The notes under the pieces are model-generated. The model made no database searches, was not told the DNA's origin, and saw only the letters and a program-made list of their open reading frames with translations. DNA of 64,000 nucleotides from Squalus acanthias. Taxonomy: Eukaryota. Positions 38,981 to 51,680 of the stretch are shown piece by piece. A program made the position numbers and the translations under genes. Every line of letters starts with the position of its first letter. Position 1 is the first letter of the stretch. Location of the stretch: assembly GCA_030390025.1 (NCBI GenBank), contig CM059432.1, positions 8,804,001 to 8,868,000 of the forward strand, given 5' to 3'.

Positions 38981-39349
38981 ACACCTGATGCAAGGTAGCT
39001 GACACCTCTGTGCCCAGGCAGCATTGTCTGTTACCTTCCCAAGCTGATCCGCAACTAGTAAAATTAAGAGATGATGTTGTTTCAGCTAGTGCAGTCAAAG
39101 AGGTTCAATGATAGTTTAGCAGGCAAACTTCCATTCACGAAAATTTACAATCGGAAATTCAAGCTGAAAATTGGTCGGGGAAATGGCCTCGGCTGCATCG
39201 AGCCAGGGAAAGATTTTTGCAACTTTACCAGATGAGAAATGCATGCAGTGATTCCCTGCTCACATTCTGCCCCTCGCTTCACTGGCTAATCTCGATCGGC
39301 CTGCTTTCTTCAGGGACATACTGGAAGGCTAGTAACAGTTGGGAAACGT

Positions 39350-39730
39350 TGGCTGAGGGGAGACTTAATTGAGGTGTATAAAATTAAGAGGGGCCTAGAT
39401 AGGAAGGACCCATTTCCCTTAGCAGAGAGGTCAATAACCAGGGGGCATAGATTTAAGGTAATTGGCAGAAGGATTAGAGGGGAGTTGAGGAGAACTTTTT
39501 TCACCCAGAGGGTGGTGGGTCTGGAACTCACTGCCTGAAAGGGTGGTGGAGGCAGAAACCCTCAGCGCATTTAAAAAGTACTTGGATATGCCCTTGAAGT
39601 TCCGTAACCTACAGGGCTACGGACCAAGAGCTGGAAAGTGGGATTAGGCTGGATAGCTCTTTTATCGGCCGGCACAGACACGATGGGCCGAATGGCCTCC
39701 TTTTGTGCCGTAAATTTCTATGATTCTATA
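39350..39730 (+). mobile_element. CR1 LINE 3' fragment
   Basis: LRGDLIEVYKI...FFTQRVV; TTCTATGATTCTAT tail. Confidence 0.9.
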
Positions 39731-39950
39731 CCAACACAGGTCAGTATATCACAGCTCCTGATTCTTCCCTCTGTGGCGTAAATCCCTGTGAGTAGCGTCC
39801 GTTTGTCTCTTCAACCTTGTTCATCTTCACTGCTTTCAGTTTCCCTTCTCGTGTTTGATCAGGTATCTGCTCCTTTTGTTCTTTCATCCCCCTCCCCCTT
39901 TTCCCAGCTTTATACTTGCTTTAAATCTATTTCATTTCCTGCTTTTTTCC

Positions 39951-39987
39951 AGTTCTGACGAAAGGTCTTCGACCTGAAACGTTAACT
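39951..39987 (+). ncRNA. minimal type I hammerhead ribozyme motif (PLE family 2)
   Basis: AGTT-CTGACGA-A-AGGTC-TTCG-ACCT-GAA-ACGT-T-AACT, within a PLE 3' UTR fragment at about 39760-40052. Confidence 0.75.
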
Positions 39988-40926
39988 CTGTTTCTCTCTC
40001 CACGGATGCTGCCTGGCCTGCTGAGTTTTTCCAGCGTTTTCTGTTGTTATTTTAGCGTCATTCAAAGGTTACACAGGTCTGAGAATCAGTTCTATAGTCT
40101 TGTATCCCTAACTCCAACGGCTGCTCTTCTTGAGTGCGGCTTCCCTTACACCCTCAATGTCTTCTAAAGTACCTCGCAGCTTTAGGCTCTTACTCGCACG
40201 GGTGATGACTTTGTGAAGCTACTGCCTACACTGTGAACTAATGACTCCAAAAATATACTCCATTCCAAATGTGCCGCCAACCCTCTGGTACTTCACCCAA
40301 GCAGTTGCTCTTCAAGTGTGGGACATGACTTTGCAACTTAATTTTACCACCGTGTTCCCCCAGATTTGCTGTAAGTAACTAGATGCGTGGAAATGGTGCG
40401 TTGGGGGGCGGGGGGCGGGATGGGGTTCTGAATAGGGTGGTCATCCATCACGCTGGATTCCTGCTCCCTTGTGGGTGGCGTCGTTCTACTCCAGGCACAT
40501 CTAGCGAATAGAAAGAGCTACAGTAGTTAATAGTCACGGTCCTGGACAAGCAACTTCGAGGTTGCCAGTTCGAATTCTGCTTTGGTAAGTTGTCAAGTTG
40601 AATTCAGTGAAGCTGTACATTGCGTCAGAAAAATAACCATGAAAACTCGTGGGTTGCTGTAAAAACCCAACTATCGGCCTTCGGGGAAGGGAAACCTGCC
40701 CGCCCTGCCTGGTCCGGTCTACGCGTGACTCCAGTCTCACACTGTGCGACTGACTCTTGATACCCGCACGGGAATCTGGAGATTTTTCCCCACTTCTTTT
40801 AGCCTTGTGACACTAGCCCATTATCGTACCCCCTACCTCAGTTATTCCTGTGCAGACCAGCGTTTCAAGCAGAGATCCTCCTGGACTGTATGGCTTACTG
40901 CCACATCACATGGAGTATTTATCACT

Positions 40927-41376
40927 CCGATGGACGGGTCACATTGTCCGCATGTCCGATACGAGACTCCCAAAACAAGCGCTCTACTCGGAGCTCCGGC
41001 ACGGCAAGAGAGCCCCAGGTGGGCAGAGGAAACGCTTCAAGGGCACCCTCAAAGCCTCCTTGAAAACTTGCAACATCCCCACCGACACCTGGGAATCCCT
41101 GGCCCAAGACCGCACAAAGTGGAGGAGAAGCATCCGGGAAGGCGCCGAACACCTCGCGTCTCTTCGCCGGGAGCAAGCGGAAGCCAAGCGCAAACAGCGC
41201 AAGGAGCGCACGTCAACCCAAGCACCCCACCCACCCGCCCCTTCAACCACCGTCTGCCCCACCTGTGACAGAGACTGTAGGTCCCGCATTGGACTCATCA
41301 GTCACCTGAGAACTCAGTTTTAGTGCGGAAGCAAGTCATCCTCGGTTCCGAGGGACTGCCTAAGAAGAAGAAGAAG
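40927..41376 (+). mobile_element. RTE-clade LINE 3' fragment
   Basis: LRWTGHIVRMSDTRLPKQALYSEL...GGQRKRFKGTLK...CPTCDRDCRSRIGLISHLRT; (AAG)n tail; TSD ATTTATCACT at 40917-40926 and 41377-41386. Confidence 0.92.
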
Positions 41377-42389
41377 ATTTATCACTGAACCATCTCAAGT
41401 TGACTCTCCTCAGATTCTGTAACAGAAATGCAGATGTGACGTTATGATCAATTCACTTTTTAAGTTACAATTATGTCTAACCAATACATACATATATGCA
41501 CAAGCTGAGCTTTACGTGGCTAAGGGTCAGACTGTAAACAAGGGCACCTTGCTCTTAACTGTGTTACAAATGGCGAAAACATTGTGTCCTTCCTCCATAG
41601 GAATTGTTTGATGATTTAATGTTGAGATTTCACATTGGAAGCAGAATGCTCACACGGGAGCATTAATATAGGTGAGCATAACCTTAACCCCGAGTCAGAT
41701 TCAGTTAAACTGATTGAATGTAAAATAAAGTGGAGGAAAAAGTCTGACGCACTGTTGCATCCCTGTGCTGTCGTGCGCCCAGCCAGACGTAATGAACAAA
41801 TAGCTATACCCGACCCGCTGTCAGTCAAATGAAATTTCACTGCCGACCCCCCACCGATCCCTTGGTCCTAAGTTGCTCAAGACCTGCAATTGCCATTCAG
41901 AGCTTGGGCATCGCAAGCAAACCAAATTTAGGAATCCGGGTCCGAAATGAAGCCTGCGCTCATTGCGGGCAGCCACAAGGGCCGCCTAAAAAAACAGGCC
42001 CCGACCAATTTAGCAGTGACCTGGACTCCTGTGCAGATCGGTTATTGTTGCTTTCGTATTAGGCCCGTAGATCAAGCAGAATTATGTTAAATTACCCCAA
42101 TGATTCCAAATCTCATAGCAATGAAGAATCCTCTACTCTTCCTGCAACATCACAAGAGGCTCAGAGGCTTTTGACTCAATGTCAGCGATCTAATTATAGT
42201 GGGGGGGGGAGGGAGAAACTACCTTGCATCTGACACATTTTCTATCTACCAAATCAATTGCAGCATCATAGATTTTCATAGAATCTACAGCACAGAAACA
42301 GGCCAATCGGCCTAACTGGTCCGTGCCGGTATTTATGTTCCCCACCAGCCTCCTCCCACCCCTCTCCATCTCACCCTATCATCATTATG

Positions 42390-42612
42390 ATGTGGAGATG
42401 CCGGCGTTGGACTGGGGTGGACAAAAATGAGAAGTCGCACAACACCAGGTTATAGTCCAACAGATTTATTTAAAATTGCAAGCTTTTGGAGCTCTGCTCC
42501 TTCGTCAGGTAGAGTTGCAACTCTACCTGAGGAAGGGGCTATAGCTCCGAAAGCTTGTAATTTTAAATAAATCTGTTGGACTATAACCTGGTGTTGTGCG
42601 ACTTCTCATTTT
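42390..42612. mobile_element. Penelope-like (family 1) fold-back insertion
   Basis: Inverted arms centred on GAGTTGCAACTC; TSD TATCATCATTATG at 42377-42389 and 42613-42625. Confidence 0.85.
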
Positions 42613-42696
42613 TATCATCATTATGGCATCGATGGGTTTATAGTTTGAACAAAACAGTCTAGACTTGATCCCACCCCACTTGCAAACTTGCAAAAC

Positions 42697-43220
42697 TCCG
42701 TAAACTTGAGGTCATCCAAAACTCAGCTGCCCGTGTCCTAACCCGCACCGAGTCCCGTCCACCCATCACCCCTGTGCTCGCTGACCTACACTGGCTCCCA
42801 GTTAAGCAACACCTCGATTTTAAAATTCTCATCCTTGTTTTCAAATCCCTCCATGGCCTCACCCACACACCCCCCGCCCCCGCCGCCCCGCCCATCTCTG
42901 TAATCTCCTCCAGCCCTCCGAGATCTCTGCGCTCCTCTAATTCTGGCCTATTGAGCATCCCTGATTATAATCGCTCCACCAGTGGTGGCCGTGCCTTCAG
43001 CTGCCAAGGTCCTGAGCTCTGGAACTCCCTCCCTAAACCTCTCCGCCTCTCTCCCTCTCTTTCTTCCTTTAAGATGCTCCTTAAAACCTACCTCTTTGAC
43101 CAAGCTTTTGGTCACCTGCTCTAATATCTCCTTATGTGGCTCGGTGTCAAACTTTGTTTGATAATCGCTCCTGTGCAGCGTCTTGGGACGTTTTACTACG
43201 TTAAAGGCGCTGTAGAAATA
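42697..43220 (+). mobile_element. L2 LINE 3' fragment
   Basis: ORF 42774-43124 (LHWLPV...LWNSLP...FKMLLKTYLF); (TTG)n tail. Confidence 0.9.
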
Positions 43221-43314
43221 CAAGCTGTTGTTGTTGTTGCAAAACATCTTTGAAAAATGAATTGTCCTTGCAGCTTTTTAAACAACTGCCCTTTCTCATG
43301 ATAAGATAAGACTA

Positions 43315-43703
43315 GGGTACGGTAGCATAGTGGTTATGTTACTGGACTAGCCTGGCTTAATGATCCGGAGATGTAAGTTCAAATCCCACCTGGGGAATTT
43401 AAATTCAATTAGTTAAATTCATCTGGAATTTAAAACTATTTCAGTAATGGTGACCATGAAACTACCGGATTGTCATAAAATCCCATCTGGTTCACTAATG
43501 TCCTTTAGGGAAGGAAATCTGCCGTCCTTACCCGGTCTGGCCGATATGTGACTCCAGACCCACAGCAATGTGGTTGACTCTTGACTGCCCCTCTGTGGTT
43601 CAAGAAGGCGGCTCACCACCACCTTCTCAAGGGCAACTAGGGATGGGCAATAAATGCTGGCCTTGCCAGCGTCGCCCACATCCCGTAAGCGAATAAAAAA
43701 AAA
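43315..43703 (+). mobile_element. tRNA-headed SINE with LINE-derived 3' tail
   Basis: Box A-like TAGCATAGTGG and box B-like GTTCAAATC; 3' end closely matches the LINE tail at 10297-10400; poly(A) end. Confidence 0.75.
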
Positions 43704-44889
43704 ATCTAACCAAAAGGGATTGCAAAGGGAGTGCGGAGCAGCAAATATGTTAATGCAGAATAAGAGAGAAGTTGGATCCACAGAGCACTTGCAATATATT
43801 CTCTGAATAAATTGAAATCCTGCTGCTTTGTATTCCTATTTCAGTGTGAAATACCACCACAGTCTTCAGAAGGTTAAATGGAAAGTGGGATTAACATTTT
43901 TCATTACATGCTCCTCATTCCTTCTGACAAGACTTGTTTTATTCGGCAAGGATTTAAAATGCAATATACTCGCATTTGATGGAAATTAGTTTTAATGTCT
44001 TAACAAGCCCAGCATATATATTGCTGTCATATACATAGATCACTGTACAAATTGGTGATTCCACTGCCTATATTTGATCTGTCATGTCTGAGAATTATGC
44101 ATGGATTTTGAGAGTCAGGGCTCTGGTGCATAATTGTATTTTGCGCTATGCTTGGGTAAAGGTCTACAGGAGCTTAAGAAATGGATCAAGCTCTGACATT
44201 GGACTGAAAGCAACATCACAAGAGGCCTGGAGACTTTAGTCTGAAAGTCAGTGGTCTATATCTGTGAGCCATGAGCCAAGTCTTCTGTCTCTGCTTCTCC
44301 GCTGTCAGTCTCCACAGTATTGGATCTACAGCCAGGGCTGTATCTACAAGTGGCTGCAACTGAAAGTAAGTCTTTGTTTTATTCCCAGGCGTACTGCAGT
44401 GTGTCATCACACATGTTAATGCGACGAGCCACTGGCTGGCTTTTTTTTTTTCATTGCATCTTGTATCGTTACCCTTTTAGGCGACTTCAAAAAGAGAGCA
44501 ACGTTGCTTTCAAGTTAATCGGCCCTGACTATGTGCACCATCGTCAAGCATTCTTGCCATCTACTTGAAAAGGCCGTATTGTCTCGCAGTAAACTGCTCG
44601 TTTTAGCTTCTAGATGTGGCCACACAGAGTACGTGACATCTGACTTATTGTGCTGCAAAAACCAACGTTAATTGAGTGTCACAAAAAAATGGCAAAATAA
44701 AGTTTCCATTGTACATTGACATTTGAGTTTCAGTACTGATGCCAGGAGGCTGGTCTGAAACCAGACTTTACAGAGTGAAGAAATCATCTTGAAACTATTG
44801 GACGGCTTTGGCCTAAGCTTTTGTTAAATGTTGGTCAAGGACCAAAAACGGCAGAGGCAGCGACTTGCTCGAGAGCCACTTTCACAGAC

Positions 44890-46000
44890 AACTACAACCA
44901 CTTGCATTTATAGAGCGCCTTTAACGTAGTAAAACGTCCCAAGGTGCTTCACAGGAGCGATTATCAAACAATGGGCCAAAAATTCGGCCCTTCCCGGGTG
45001 AGTACGCACTGTGTACTCACCCGTAATGCGTCCCGAAGTGCCGGTTTCCTGCATGCACTGCGCATGCGCGGGAAACCGGAACTTCCGGTCTGGTGAAGGG
45101 GGCGGTTCCTAGGTGAACCGCGTGCGCGGTAGAGGCTGCGCGCACGCAGCAAACTTAGATTTTTTTTCAGGTTTCTACACGAGGGTAAGTATTGAAGAAA
45201 CTACGCTATTAAAAAGGAGGCGCAGGACCCGTTTTCAACAAGGTAAGTAGTTAATTAAGTATAATTTAAAAAAAATTTCAACAGGTTTATCTTTTTTAGA
45301 TACTTTAAAGAAAGGTAAGTTTATTTTTATCACTTTTAAAAAGTATTTTAATTTTTTCAAAAATTTAAATTTTTGTTTAAAGTGGTTAATTTATTTAACT
45401 ATAGTTATTTTATAAATGTGATGGTTTTTTAAAAATTTATTTTAAGTCTAGTTGTTCTTTTGGGGCCGATTTCAATTCACAGATTCACAGGTCTCCTGTC
45501 AAATCTATGAATGAAAGATGGTCTGCTGCCATTGGCTCTCCATGGCCCACGTGATCCCAGGGGATGCATCGCACTAACTACGCCCCTGGGACACGCAAGC
45601 ACTGCGCGCCGGCTCTTGGAGCAGGCCCAGGAGCTGAAGTTCCCGTGGGCCCAAAACACAACGGCAGGCGCGGTAGGAAAGAGCGCGTGCGATCCTTACC
45701 CCCGCGGCAAGCCAGAGAGGCGAATTTCAGGGCCAATATTTGACACCGAGCCACATAAGGAGATATCAGGGCAGGTGGCCAAAAAGCTTGGTCAAAGAGG
45801 TCGGTTTTAAGGAGCGTCTTAAAGGAGAAGAGAGAGCTAGAGAGGCGGAGAGGTTTAGGGAGGGAGTTCCAGAGCTATGGGCCTAGGCAGCTGAAGGCAC
45901 GGCCACCAATGGTGGAGCGATTAAAATCGGGAATGCGCAAGAGGCCAGAATTGGAGGAGCGCAGAGATCTCAAGCGTTGTAGGGCTGCAGGAGGTTACAG
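44890..46000 (-). mobile_element. L2 LINE 3' fragment split by a DNA transposon
   Basis: Reverse complement of the L2 tail on both sides of 44973-45734. Confidence 0.85.
44973..45734. mobile_element. PIF/Harbinger-type non-autonomous element
   Basis: Termini GGGCCAAAAATTCG and CGAATTTCAGGGCC; TSD AAT at 44970-44972 and 45735-45737; GC-rich ends and an AT-rich core. Confidence 0.8.
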
Positions 46001-46552
46001 AGTCCAGACCCTTTTAAGGAAATTCCATTTGCTTACCTTTAGTGATAGCAAATGCGCCATATGTACAATGTTTTAAAGAATACTTTTACAGCACTTTGAC
46101 CATCTCACGTTCTTGCTGCACTGTTCTAACAATGAGATTCCATAAATTTAAGGTTTGCACATCTGAAGGTTCAAAATTTGAATTGTTTGTTATTTGAAGA
46201 TTATACGATAGCCTGGTTTATTACAAATCCCACTGATGATATGAACTTGAATCAGAAACAATGACCAGCAAGCAGAAACAAGCTGTGACTCTGTGTCTCT
46301 CTCTCTATCTTCTACCGGCCCCGGCTTCTCTTTGTGTCTCTTTGTTCCTGCATCTCTCTGGTTTTGAAACACATTCCTCTGTTTCGTGCCTTTCTGTGCT
46401 GTACCGAGGGGGGAATTTTAACTCCCAGGGTGAGCGAGCGGCTGGCCCATATAGGAGCGCCAGCAGGAGGCCGAGCCAATTTTAACGGCTGAGACCTGTT
46501 AACATGTCGCTGGTAGACATCCTGACCAAAACGGCCAGGAAGTTCGTGGGAA

Positions 46553-47334
46553 GCCTACTGTCAACAAGGGCAGACGTCGATGACGAAGTCCAACACCGCC
46601 TTCAGTGTGCCAGTGCAGCCTTCGGTCGCCTGAGGAAGAGAGTGTTTGAAGACCAGGACCTCAAACCCGGCACCAAGCTCATGGTCTACAGAGCAGCAGT
46701 GATACCCGCCCTCCTGTATGTCTCAGAGACATAGACCATGTACAGCAGGCACCTCAAAGCACTGGAGAGGTACCACCAATGCTGCCTCCGCAAGATCCTG
46801 CCAATCCATTGGCAGGATAGGCGCACCAACTTCAGTGTTCTCGCTCAGGCCAACATCCCCAGCATCGAAGCTTTGACCACGCTCGATCAGCTCTGATGGA
46901 TGGGTCACATCGTCCGCATGCCCGATATGAGATTCCCAAAACAAGTGCTCTACTTGGAGCTCCGACACGGCAAGAAAGCCCCAGGTGGGCAGAGGAAACG
47001 CTTCAAGGACACCCTCAAAGCCTCCTTGAAAAAGTGCAACATCCCCACCGACACCTGGGAATCCTGGCCCAAGACCGCACAAAGTGGAGGAGAAGCATCC
47101 GGGAAGGCGCCGAATACCTCGAGTCTCTTCACCAGGAGCAAGCGGAAGCCAAGCGCAAACAGCGGAAGGAGCGCATGTCAACCCAAGCACCCCACCCACC
47201 CGCCCCTTCAACCACCGTCTGCCCCACCTGTGACAGAGACTGCAGGTCCCGCATGGACTCATCAGTCACCTGAGAACTCGTTTTTAATGTGGAAGCAAGT
47301 CATCCTCGGTTCCGAGGGACTGCCTAAGAAGAGA
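46553..47334 (+). mobile_element. RTE-clade LINE 3' fragment with 38-bp flanking direct repeat
   Basis: VDDEVQHRLQCASAAFGRLRKRVF...TKLMVYRAAVIPALLY; same 3' end as 40927-41376. Confidence 0.92.
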
Positions 47335-47734
47335 AGACATCCTGACCAAAACGGCCAGGAAGTTCGTGGGAAACGGCTGCCCGGCCCGGCTGTTAAAATC
47401 AGGTGTCTCGGTGGTTGGTGGCAGGGCCCAGGGCAAGTGCGGGACGTGGTGGGGTGGGGGGGGGGGGGAGGGCAGGGGTGGGAATGGGGATTCGGGAACG
47501 GTAGAGGAGTCTGGGCAGAGGAGGCCTACACTTTCCGTGTGAAGTGCGGAGAAGCACTCCTGCTCCTCCTGGCCCCACAAAGGAAAGAAATAAACTCGCC
47601 TGGAGGAGACACTACTCCTGCTGATCTTCCTCCCACTAGCTTCAACCTGTTGGGAAGGCCACAGCCTCTCGCCCGATCAGGCCAGCGTTAATGTTGGCAC
47701 TAAGTTCCTGAACGACGTCATCTGGACCCGGTAG

Positions 47735-48050
47735 AGAGCCCTACAGCCCTCTGCGTTCCTCCAATTCTGGCCTCTTGCACATCCCTGATTTTCACCACTC
47801 AACCACTGGTGGCCGTGCCTTCAGCTGCCTGAGCCCCAAGCCCTGGAATTCCCTCCCTAAACCTCCCCGCCTCTCTGCCTTTAAGAGGTTCCTTAAAACC
47901 TACCTCTTTGACCAAGCTTTGGTCATCTGCCCTATTATCTCTTTATAGGGCTCAGTGTCAAAATTTTGTCTGATAATCGCTCCCATGAAGCGCTCTGGGA
48001 TGTTTTACCACATTAAAGGCGCTATATAAATGCAAGTTGTCGTTGTTGTT
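47735..48050 (+). mobile_element. L2 LINE 3' tail
   Basis: Matches 42910-43220. Confidence 0.85.
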
Positions 48051-48224
48051 TAAAGACAGACTTCGGGTGTGAGACCTTGACATCTTCAATGATAAAATTG
48101 CAGTCGGAGGGAACAGGGCGGGGTGGGGGGGGGTTGGGGGGTGGGGGAGTGGGCAGAGGATAAGTCTGCTGCTCCATTTTAACTGGGCCCCCCACCTGGT
48201 TTCCACCTTACAAGGATCCTTAAA

Positions 48225-48360
48225 ATTCTGACGAAAGGTCATCGACCTGAAATGCTAACTCTCTCTCTCCACACATGCTAACCTGACCTGCATTTCCTGT
48301 GTTTCCAGCATTTTCTGTTTTTATTTCATAGTTCCAGCATCCGTGGTATTTTGCTTTTGT
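48225..48360 (+). mobile_element. Penelope-like family 2 terminus with hammerhead-like motif and tail
   Basis: CTGACGAAAGGTCATCGACCTGAAA followed by the same tail as 57300-57404. Confidence 0.75.
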
Positions 48361-49055
48361 TCCTTAAAGTATGTCATCTTCTCCCCCAGTTTCTTGCAGT
48401 TACTATACACGATATTCGTTATTGCTTCCTGTCAGGCACCTGTTACCTCCAAAGAGATGGTGCCCTTGGAGGTCCTAATTGAGGAAATCATCCTTGCATC
48501 TGGATATTAGGAGAGGTGACCAAATCTTGGTCAAAGAGGTAAGTTTTAAGGAGCGTCTTAAAGGAGGAAAGAGAGGCGGAGAGGTTTAGGGAGGGAATTC
48601 CAGAGCTCAGGGCCCAGGCAGCTGAAGGCAAGGCCACCAATGGGGGAGCGATGAAAATTGGGACTGTCCAAGAGGCCAGAATTGGAGGAGCAACCTCACT
48701 TCACCAGTTATCGAAAGAGGGGATCGGGGGCAGCATTACTATACACTTGTCCACAGAATTCACTTCCATGACTTGACTTTAGCTTTAACATTGCTTGCTT
48801 TTGGCCTGAGACTTCCCCCCCCCGCCCCTCCCCATTTCACCCAATGTTGTCTTTAGAAAGGCTTGCAAGAACTTAAATAAAAAAACTATTTTCAGTCTTT
48901 CTGAAAGTTTGAAGACTTTTCACCCCCACCCTCCCTCCCGTCCCCTGATGCAGCCACTTGTCTTTAAGTAGCCACAGCCCTTTAAATTTGAATGTCAAAT
49001 GGAGAATGGAGCTGCCGGCGTAGTTTATACATCCCAGGTATTGATCTATAGGAGA

Positions 49056-49761
49056 TAGAGTTGCCAGCTCTGATTACACATATTCCAGGAAGTATCATCA
49101 CATGACCTCCTGCCTCCAACCACCCCGCCCCCACACTCCTGCCATTGGTTGCCCGACACGTCCCTACTCACCTTCCCAGCCAATCAGAAAGTGAACAGGC
49201 TCTTTGTTACCTAATTGGATGATTCTTGACAGTCAGTCCAGCAGCCCCTTTTCCACTGTTACTAATAAACAGAAGCATTCAAAGAAAATGTAAATCAAAA
49301 CACTATTTTTTATTGCCCCGATGATCTTTCTGCTCAGGGAACCATAGGAACAGGAGGAGGCCCTTCAGCCCCTCGAGCCTGTTCTGCCATTCAATTAGAT
49401 CATGGCTGATCTGCATCTTAACCTGCCTTGGTTCCATAACCCTTAATACCCTTGCCTAACAAAAATCTCTCAATCTCAGTATTGAAGTTGTCAATTGACT
49501 CCCCCACCCCCCCCAGCCTCAACAGCTTTTCGGGGAGAGAGTTCCATACTTTGTGTGAAGAAGTGCTTCCTGACATTATCCCTGAACGGCCGAGCTCTAA
49601 TTTTGACGAAATGCCCCCCCCCCCCCCCCCTTGTTCTGAACTCCCCCCACCAGAGCAAATAGTTTCCCTGTATCCACCCTAAATGTTACTCACAGCGGTG
49701 TCCTGCAGATAGTCTTTAATTCCTGGAGACTCCAGGGCCATCTGGAGCGTAGGCGACTCTA
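49056..49761. mobile_element. hAT-type non-autonomous DNA transposon with nested CR1 tail (about 49340-49680, minus strand)
   Basis: Termini TAGAGTTGCCA and AGGCGACTCTA; 8-bp TSD ATAGGAGA / ATAGGAGT at 49048-49055 and 49762-49769. Confidence 0.7.
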
Positions 49762-49949
49762 ATAGGAGTGTGTGAGAGAGAATGTCAGGAGCTTTATTTG
49801 CAAGAGTTAATCGGGTGTTGTATGGCCAAGTTGCAGGTGTGTCAGTGAAAGAACTCCCCCTCTCCCTATTTGCAATAATAGATGTCCTTCCGAAAAATAA
49901 ATATTTTTCTCAAAAACAAAAAGGAATGAAGCCAATCGATTCACAGGGA

Positions 49950-50188
49950 CCATGATGCGGAGATGCCGGTGTTGGACTGGGGTGGACAAAAGTGAGAAGT
50001 CGCACAACACCAGGTTATAGTCCAACAGTTTTATTTGAAATCACAAGCTTTCAGAGCTGCTGCTCCTTCGTCAGGTGAAGGACTTCACCTTCAGACTTCA
50101 CCTGACGAAGGAGCAGCCGCTCCGAAAGCTTGTGATTTCAAATAAAACTGTTGGACTATAACCTGGTGTTGTGCGACTTCTCACTTTT
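49950..50188. mobile_element. Penelope-like (family 1) fold-back insertion
   Basis: Inverted arms plus tail; TSD GATTCACAGGGA at 49938-49949 and 50189-50200; hammerhead motif at 50097-50135 (+) with a mirror copy on the minus strand. Confidence 0.87.
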
Positions 50189-50227
50189 GATTCACAGGGA
50201 GATTAGTGTAGTGTAAAAAATTAGGTG

Positions 50228-50600
50228 AGTGTATAAAATTATGAGGGGCCTAGATAGAGTGGATACAAAGGAACTGTCTCCCTTGGCAGAGAGGTCAACA
50301 ACCAGGGGGCAGAGATTTAAAGTAAATGGTCAGAGGTTTAGAGAGGATTTGAGGAGAAATGTTTTCACCCAGAGGGTGGTGGGGGTCTGGAACTCACTGC
50401 CTGAAAGGGTGGTAGAGGCAGAAACCCTCACCACATTCAAAAAGAACTTGGATGTGCGTTTGAGGTGCCATAACCTACAAGGTAACGGACCAAGAGCTGA
50501 CAGGTGGGATTAGGCTGGATAGCTCTTTGTCAGCCGGCGCGGACACGATGGGCTGAAATAGCCTCTTTCCGTGCTGTAAATTTCTATGATTCTATGATTA
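50228..50600 (+). mobile_element. CR1 LINE 3' fragment
   Basis: ORF 50229-50513; (TTCTATGA)n tail. Confidence 0.92.
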
Positions 50601-51680
50601 TTTGAAGTGTATCGCAAGGGGCCCAACCGCACAGGATATTTTCAGCACCCATCCCGTTTTGCGCGGGGCAATTTTAAAACTGCGACACTGCAGGCAGGAT
50701 GTGTGTATTCTGTATGGGCATGTAACCAGGCTACGCCAAACTAGCAATTTAAATGCATGAGGTTCACTGCAGTCAGAGGCATTTAGGAGTTAATGAAGTG
50801 TTCCAATCTCAACCAGGTGTAACTATTGTATATTTCTTTTATTATTCGTTGAATTATCATAACAATCACACTCTTTCTATGCTGTATTTCCACAGATTTG
50901 TGTGTGCGTGCACGCATACAAGAGAAACAAAGTGGGGGCGGGGGGGGGGAAATTGGTTTTGCGCCAGTAACCGGCGTTAAGTGGGTTGGGTGAGTCTGGT
51001 ACGTATGCCGCACTGATCGCTCCAAATTAGGCCGCGGGCTTCATTTCCATATCACCGTCGAGCCGTGCGCACCAATCGAGTGTCCCGATGCAGCTCGCTG
51101 GTCAGGGCCTTTCTCAGAAAATTGTCGTTCCCGGACGCCAGTTAGTCCCGGGAGGAGGTGGGGTGGGGGTGGGGCAGGGGGGACGGTGGAGGGTGAACAA
51201 GAAGGAGGGGGTGTGGGCGTGGCAGTACTGCTGTGGAGCCGAGGGGAGCATTCTGTCTCCACCTGGCTCCACAATGAAGTAAGTGGAAACAAAGAAGCTC
51301 ACCGGTTCCTTGGCCTCCTCCAGCGGCCCTTTAAGGACCTCTGCTTCAGGGTTTGCCGTAGACCCAGAAAACCTGAGCGCAGCGCATCACCAACCAGTTT
51401 CTTCCACGTTTGACATCGTTGTCTCAAAACATGCCACCCCCAACCCCCACCACCACCGCCCCCCCCCCCCCACCATTAGCATATTCAAGGTGCCCAACGC
51501 ACATTTTAGGCGGGCGTCATGGATACTCAGATTTTAACTGCTGCCAAAATCGCCGGCCTGCACGCTACCGGGGTGGATCAGTCGCGGGAAATCACGCCCA
51601 GATCTTGCTCCCAAAAAGAGGTGCAATAGGACCAAATGTCCCCCCTCCCCACCGTGTAATGATATAGCATAAACACCTTT

